From positions 174,592,001-174,656,000 of the forward strand of contig NC_042997.1 of assembly GCF_006345805.1 (NCBI RefSeq): 64,000 nt of DNA. The letters are read 5' to 3'. Origin of the DNA: Octopus sinensis. Lineage: Eukaryota. This document shows, piece after piece, positions 56,542-64,000 of this stretch (position 1 is its first letter; every line of letters starts with the position of its first letter). A model generated the notes under the pieces. That model was not told where the DNA came from and did no database searches. It saw only the letters and a list, made by a program, of their open reading frames with translations. The position numbers and the translations under genes were made by a program.

Positions 56542-57151
56542 TTTATGTGTGTGTGTATGAACTTTTACATCTACGTGTACTGCTTTGTACTACTTTGTGC
56601 GGCGAGAATGTGGATAGCTGTCTATTTGTCTATTGTAGAAGATAACTTTGTTGTAATACCACCCGCCTCGATTCTTTTACTTCCTCTGGTATTCTTTTGT
56701 GATGTCAATCTATTCACGTTCGCATGTGGCTTCATCACGCTCCGCTGTTGGCAAACCATTCCGATTTGATCGAGGTATCTGTTGGTTTCGTATTCCAGAT
56801 TTTTTTTCAAAACATCTGAGGAAGGCATCAACAAAAAACAAAAATTATAAAATGAGAATGATTACGATGATTATGATAACGATGATGAAGCTGCGAGTTA
56901 TGACGATGATTATTATTGATGATGATCGTGCTGGTAGTGATAGTGATGGTGATGGGATGCTGGTGGTGACGGTGATAGTGGTGGTTATCGTGTTGCCAGT
57001 CGTGGTGTTTTTTCGAGCCTGAGTTCATAATACGAATGATAATAATGATAGTGATGAGGAGGAGAATAATGATAAATTGCAGATGGAAGATGAGGAAATG
57101 GAAGTAGGAGTAAAGCACTGTTTTTCTTACTCTTTATCCTCCGTCTTATTA

Positions 57152-57385
57152 TCTATTTCTTTACTACCCACAAGGGGATAAACACAGAAGGGACAAACAA
57201 GGACAGACAAACGGATTCAGTCGTTTACATCGACCCCCAGTGCGTAACTGCTACTTAATTTATCGACCCCGAAAGGATGAAAGGCAAAGTCGACCTCAGT
57301 GGAATTTGAACTCAGAACGTAACGGCAGACGAAATACGGCTACGCATTTCGCCCGGTGTGTTAACGTTTCTGCCAGCTCGCCGCC
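57152..57385 (-). mobile_element. SINE family A, full length
   Basis: Near-identical to 31615-31850. Confidence 0.9.
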
Positions 57386-57814
57386 TCCGCCCTATTATCG
57401 TCATCATCATCGTCGTCTTCGTTTTCGTCGCCGCTGCCGCCGTCGTCGTCGTCGTCATCGTCATCGTCGCTATCGTCATTATCATTTCTTAAATCCCATT
57501 TGATAAGCACTAATAAGAGGTCTGTACCTTGTTGCTCTACCTGCTAGAAATAGTGATAACAATTTCTGCATTTAATGCTATGCCATCTTCAAAATATGAT
57601 TGAGTCGTTGGCTAATATGAAATTAGTTATACTATATTCGAAGCGAAAGTTCTCATAGTTGCGGCTGTAAAGTTTTTGATCAACTCAACCGGTTTCACTA
57701 AACAACAATTATTATCATGGTCAACACAGTCATCAGTATTACCATCATCATGCTAATCCCCATTATCATCATCATAATAATCAACACATCATCATCATAT
57801 CATCGCCATCATCA

Positions 57815-58206
57815 TTATCATCATTATCAAACACCGCCTTCATAAAACAAAGGAAAAGGTGGTAACAGTAACTCGCTGCATACACCATATGTTGGCGATT
57901 TCCTACTCCTGGTGGATGACACCTTTGTGCCACTCAGGCGACAACCTTCCAACCCATGGGACTGTTTTGGGTACTCGTTGCTTGTGAGAGTTTTACGTGG
58001 TCGGATTATCATTCCTACCTCAACCTCTTTTAGTCGCCTTTTGAGGATACGCAGAGGGGTCTATTCTTTGACATGCCAGTCCCCATACAACACTCGAGCA
58101 ACGTAAAATGAAGTGTGTTTGCTCAAGAACACATCACTGTTCGAGAATCGAACCCGCGACCTGCCGATCGTGAGTGCAATGCCCTAACCACTAAGCCACG
58201 CGCCTT
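57815..58206 (-). mobile_element. SINE with C-type head and another distinct body, (GAT/AAT)n tail
   Basis: rc aggcgcgtggcttagtggttagggc...gggttcgattctc...gtgttgtatggggactggcatgtcaaagaa...aaaaggcgactaaaag. Confidence 0.75.
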
Positions 58207-58719
58207 TACAAGAATTATCTATGTTAAATTATAAAAATTTATGGAAATAAAGAAATCCCACATTTTTGTTGACTGATCTGTCTAATATCCAGGGTAGTTC
58301 CAACCACTCTGCCTCTCTCAAATGATATATTTTCCCTGGGCGTGATGCTTTCATCTCAGTTTGACGGTGTAAGAAAGCAAACCGGAGGACGCTGGGGTAC
58401 TCAACAGAGATCGGCGCGTAGACATTTATCCTCCAGTCACTCGTCCTTACTCGCTTTCTGCGTGTCTATGGACAGGAGCAGCAATTTTCCAAGTTTATTG
58501 CCAATTTGACAAACGTCGTCACTGGAAAATGAGTCAGAACATGTGGTGTTTCATAAAAACGATTTGCATCTCTCGAACCGGAAAAAAAATATTACATTCT
58601 GAACCCCTCTGGTGCTGCTGCTAAGAACAACAGGCTCTGTAGCGTTGTGAAGAAAACCGACTGTATTAAGGTTCCTATTAATGCATCATTTAGTGCAGTG
58701 TCCTGAGAGAAATGCCTTC

Positions 58720-58950
58720 TACGAGGGTCAGCCTAAAAGTTCATAGGCTGATCAAAATGCTCTCATGGAATATGATCAAGTGTACACTATTTTTCAATAT
58801 AGACCCCCTTGCGGTTCACACACTTCTTCCACAGTGTTACTGTGTTTGGTGTAAAAGCTTTCATCCTGTTGGTCAAAATTTATCAACAGCAGTTATGACG
58901 TCATCATCACTGCGATACTGGTTCCCAGGTAAGTGTTTTTTCAAGCATGA
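58720..58950 (-). mobile_element. Mariner 3' terminal fragment
   Basis: ta-cgagggtcagcctaaaagttcataggc TIR; minus strand reads WKKCVNRKGVYIEK*. Confidence 0.7.
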
Positions 58951-60405
58951 GTAACGACAAGGGAGCGGCTGTACTGTGAATCCCTCAACAGTAACTCCAT
59001 AGCGGCATTTTGTAGGTTCCTTGTTTTCTTTCTTGTTTTACTTCAATTGAAGCTGGAAAATTATAATAGAAGGATTTTTTAAAATTATTTTCAAAAATCT
59101 TATTCGCACTATCAGGGAATTATTTACAATTTCTTAAAATAGAAGCGACGAATTATCAAGCGGGCATGTGACTGGCTGCTAGTATACGTCTTTGAGGAGG
59201 CCAATAAAGCCGGAATGCATCTGGCGTATTCGCTAGCCTACACTAGGATGATTTACCGTCCCCTTCAACATTGAATGTGTTTGTAACACAGTACATCTGT
59301 AAGAGACGTTATTTTGGGAATGAATGCCTCAGTAACTAGCCTACCAACGATGTATGTATACATTAAGTATGAGTAACAAGAAGAGAAGGGCTGGTTGTAG
59401 GAGTGCATGTGAGTAGAAGAAAAGAAAAGTAGTGGTAGATGTGGTGTAAGAATAAGGATGTTATTGAATGAATCTTTGTTAATTATCAACTCCGAAAGTT
59501 ATGAGAAGCGCGACTGAATCTGACGGGACCATGAGGCAGAAAATAACGTGACGCAACCAAATACGACAAGATGTATTGAATAGATTTTGCCATTCACAAG
59601 TCTTCATTTTGATTTAATATTATGAAATTATTCATGTTGAAGATACGATATAATAGTTTTCATATTTAATTTTAGAAATGGATATTTCCTGATTTTATTT
59701 TTTAAAAACTGCGAAGAAATACACAAGTACAAGGTATGTAAAGGATGAATATGCAGATGTGTAAAACATATGCAAAAAGATTCAAAGAGTAAAGGTTGGG
59801 GATATCAGTCAAAAGGTCAAATGGAAGAAAATACTAAACTTCAAAACGTTTAATAAAAGGTCATATTCATCCAAATATGTTTCTTGAGAAATTGTAATAC
59901 ACGAAGACTTTGTGTAACGCTTGTATTTATATGTATGTGTAACGTGTATTTGCGATGATTTTTATACGTAATATAACGCAGTACGCAAAACATGTAATAC
60001 ATTCCCATTTGAGTAACAATGACTAGAAGTTCTTAATGAAAAAAATAAGTTTATAAAGACTGTTGATGACAAATCTGGGATTGACGAGCAAGAACACGTG
60101 CACACATAGAAATATACATACGGACCTGTGTGATACGTATTTACTTATTATTATTTACTAGGTATTTACTAGAGGAAATATTGGTTGGTAATTATAGATA
60201 TATTGTCACTAAAGAGTTAAAAAAATATATTTTTATATAACTGTGGTTTTGACTATCGCCTACTTAACCTGGAGTCTGTTTCTTGTCATACGTTTCTGGT
60301 TACACACACACACACACACAGACACACACAAACACATATCTATATGTATGTAGGTATGTATGTATAAATATGTATATATATGTGTGCGTGTGTGTGTGCA
60401 TGTAG

Positions 60406-60452
<47 letters not shown>

Positions 60453-60503
60453 ATGTATATACATATATATATATATATATTATATATATATATATGTATA
60501 TGT

Positions 60504-60596
<93 letters not shown>

Positions 60597-60891
60597 TATA
60601 TGCATACACACACACATATATATATCATCAATAAATCTCCATCGGCATATAAGTGTGCTTTTGTATGTAATTATTGATTTGAGTGAGTTTGTGTGCGTAT
60701 TTGTGTATTTGTGAACATGTCTCTGCGCGCGCACATGTCTGCGTCGCTCCATAGTTCATGTTGATATAAAATTCTAAGAAGGAACACCAGTGTTTGAATA
60801 AATTTGCATAATTACAATGTGTATGAACAGCTGAAGAAAACTAAAGGGTAAAAGAAAAAAAACAACTGTCGGTAGCCCAAAAACTTTTTCA

Positions 60892-60927
<36 letters not shown>

Positions 60928-60983
60928 TGCACAAGATTTTTTGTAACCTACAGTTGTTATGTTTGTATGTATGTATGTATATA

Positions 60984-61079
<96 letters not shown>

Positions 61080-61292
61080 ATGTATACATATGTGTGTTTA
61101 TGTGTATATATATATATGTGTATGTGTGTGTGTATATATATATGTATATATATATATATCTATGTATATACATATATATTGTTGTGTATATATTCATACA
61201 TACATACGTATACATAATTGCTTATATGTATATATCTTTATATATATGTTCTAGATAGATAGAGAGATAGACAAACAGACAGACAGATAGAT

Positions 61293-61390
<98 letters not shown>

Positions 61391-61835
61391 TCATATTTAC
61401 ATTGCACAACTATTTACATACTTTTCAATGTCAATATCAAAGTTTTAACTTTTACATATAGTCAATGTGAAGTTTTTTTGTGAATGTAGCCGAGGCTAAG
61501 TATCTTCACTGTGTTATATTCAGTTACTTAATTCGAACTGTTTATGCATCCATGGAACTTCCACTCACTGTTCTGGTGTACAAAAAACGAAACCCACTTT
61601 ACTGGCACAACCGTTTAAAACACTTTTGTTGAGTTTGATATAATTATTTTTTACATTTCCGTGTATGGTCGATATGAAAAAGGCTGATGACTTTGCTACC
61701 ACTGATTCTTATCCACTAATTGTTCAAATATCACTTGGTCGAAATGATGATACTTGATAATTTTTACAGTCACTTTGGTAGAATCAATGAAATTTATTTC
61801 AAATATAACGTCTTATAGGGCATTCTTTTCTATTC

Positions 61836-62489
<654 letters not shown>

Positions 62490-62529
62490 ATAATGAACTA
62501 TTTCAGGTTACATACATATTACATACATT

Positions 62530-62815
62530 GTGCCCGGCGTGCTAACGATTCTGCTAGCACGTTGCTTTGCTTCTACTTAATATATTGGTTTCGTTTTTGC
62601 ACAAGGTCAGAAACTTTGAGTGAAGGGTGTAAAGTCGATTAGTTCGACTCCAGTACCCAACTGGGTACTTATTTTATCGACACCAAATGGATGAAAGATA
62701 AAGTCGATAAAGATAAAGATAAAGTCGACCTCAGCGGAATTCGAACATAAAGACGGACGAAATACTGCTAAGAATTTTGCCCAGCGAAGCAATGATTCTG
62801 CCAGCTCGCTACCTA
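62530..62815 (-). mobile_element. SINE family A pieces
   Basis: aaagtcgacctcagcggaattcgaac...ttttgcccagcg..gattctgccagctcgc. Confidence 0.75.
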
Positions 62816-63058
62816 ATTTCTGCTTAATATATTGAATACGTTTTCTTCGTTTACTGATGCAAATATTTATCTTTCAACATAAACAATTGCACACGAACAC
62901 TATTTATATGACAACACTTTTTCACTTTCTCCTCACTGTCTGATTAGAGATAAAACTTGAAACATTAAACTCTACAATCCTCACGATAAAAAACCTAACC
63001 AACTCTTCTGTCTTGTTCATTAATTCTTACTGATGCAGTCCGTTATTAGTCTCTCTTT

Positions 63059-63438
63059 CTCTTTTACTTGTTTCAGTCATGTGACTGTGGCCATGCTGGA
63101 GCACAGCCTTTGGTCGAGCAAATCGACCCCAGGACTTATTCTTTGTAAGCCTAGTACTTATTCTATCGGTCTCTTTCGCCGGACCGCTAAGTTACAGGGA
63201 CGAAAACACACTAGCATCGGTTGTCAAGTGATGTTGGAGGGACAAACACAGACGCATACATATATATAGATATACACGACGAGCTTCTTTCAGTTTCTGT
63301 CTACCAAATCCACTCACAAGGCTTTGGTCGACCCGAGGCTATAGTAAAAGACACTTGCCCAAGGTGCCACGCAGTGGGACTGAACTCGGAACCATGTGGT
63401 TGATAAGCAAGCTACTTACCACACAGCCACTCCTGCGC
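63059..63438 (-). mobile_element. SINE family B, full length
   Basis: Near-consensus copy. Confidence 0.9.
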
Positions 63439-63798
63439 ATAATGAACTATTTCAGGTTATCAAAACAGAAATCATACATAATTCGACTTAACATGTTCAA
63501 AACAGTTGCTGTCAAGTAATTGACAAACCCCGTGTCCAACGGATGCTTCAGTAAAGTAAAGTGGCATCAACTCTTCTAGACTTGTTTGGAATCTCACCTC
63601 ATCACTAGGCAGGAGTAAATGCACCTTATTTATTTACTTGCAGCAGCAATACTTATATGCTTTAGTAAGCTACCAGATCTACTGTCCTCTCAGAAATTAT
63701 TCTCTTTTTTCTTTGGTTTCGGTAAAAAAATCTAGAGCAACTTATCGTCCTTTTAGAACGTGAAATATTATTTTCGTGTGGATTTCCAGATATTTCCT

Positions 63799-64000
63799 TA
63801 CTCTTTTACTTGTTTCAGTCATTTGGCTGTGGGCATGCTGGAGCACCGCCTTTAGTCGAGCAACTCCACCCCAGGACTTATTCTTTGTAAGCCTAGTACT
63901 TATTCTATCGGTCTCTTTTGCCGAACTGCTATGTTACGGGGACGTAAACACACCAGCATCGGTTGTCAAGCGATGTTGAGGGACAAACACAGATACATAA
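63799..64000 (-). mobile_element. SINE family B, cut by the window end
   Basis: tactcttttacttgtttcagtcattt...gttacggggacgtaaacacaccagcatcggttgtcaagcgatg. Confidence 0.9.

Overview
This is non-coding, AT-rich, microsatellite-saturated animal DNA. The SINE families and extreme (TA)n/(TAGA)n/(CA)n/(TAA)n content point to an octopus-type cephalopod genome (inferred from repeat content). No intact host protein-coding exon could be supported, and almost every listed ORF is a translated microsatellite. The window holds dozens of tRNA-derived SINEs from three head families, two decayed Tc1/mariner transposons plus MITEs, non-autonomous Helitrons, an R4/Dong-type RLE retrotransposon fragment, a solo-LTR-like repeat, and a 100-N gap flanked by a ~1.9-kb likely false duplication. 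Three signals stand out. (1) At least five different Penelope-like (PLE) terminal-repeat families carry minimal type-I hammerhead ribozyme motifs, including apparent compensatory variants of the C3-G8 core pair (U3:A8, G3:C8) and a 471-bp tandem unit. (2) A ~1.65-kb old imperfect inverted repeat (8.8-10.5 kb) could form a very long dsRNA. (3) A fixed-length ~560-bp non-coding element occurs three times, always inside (TAA)n arrays.
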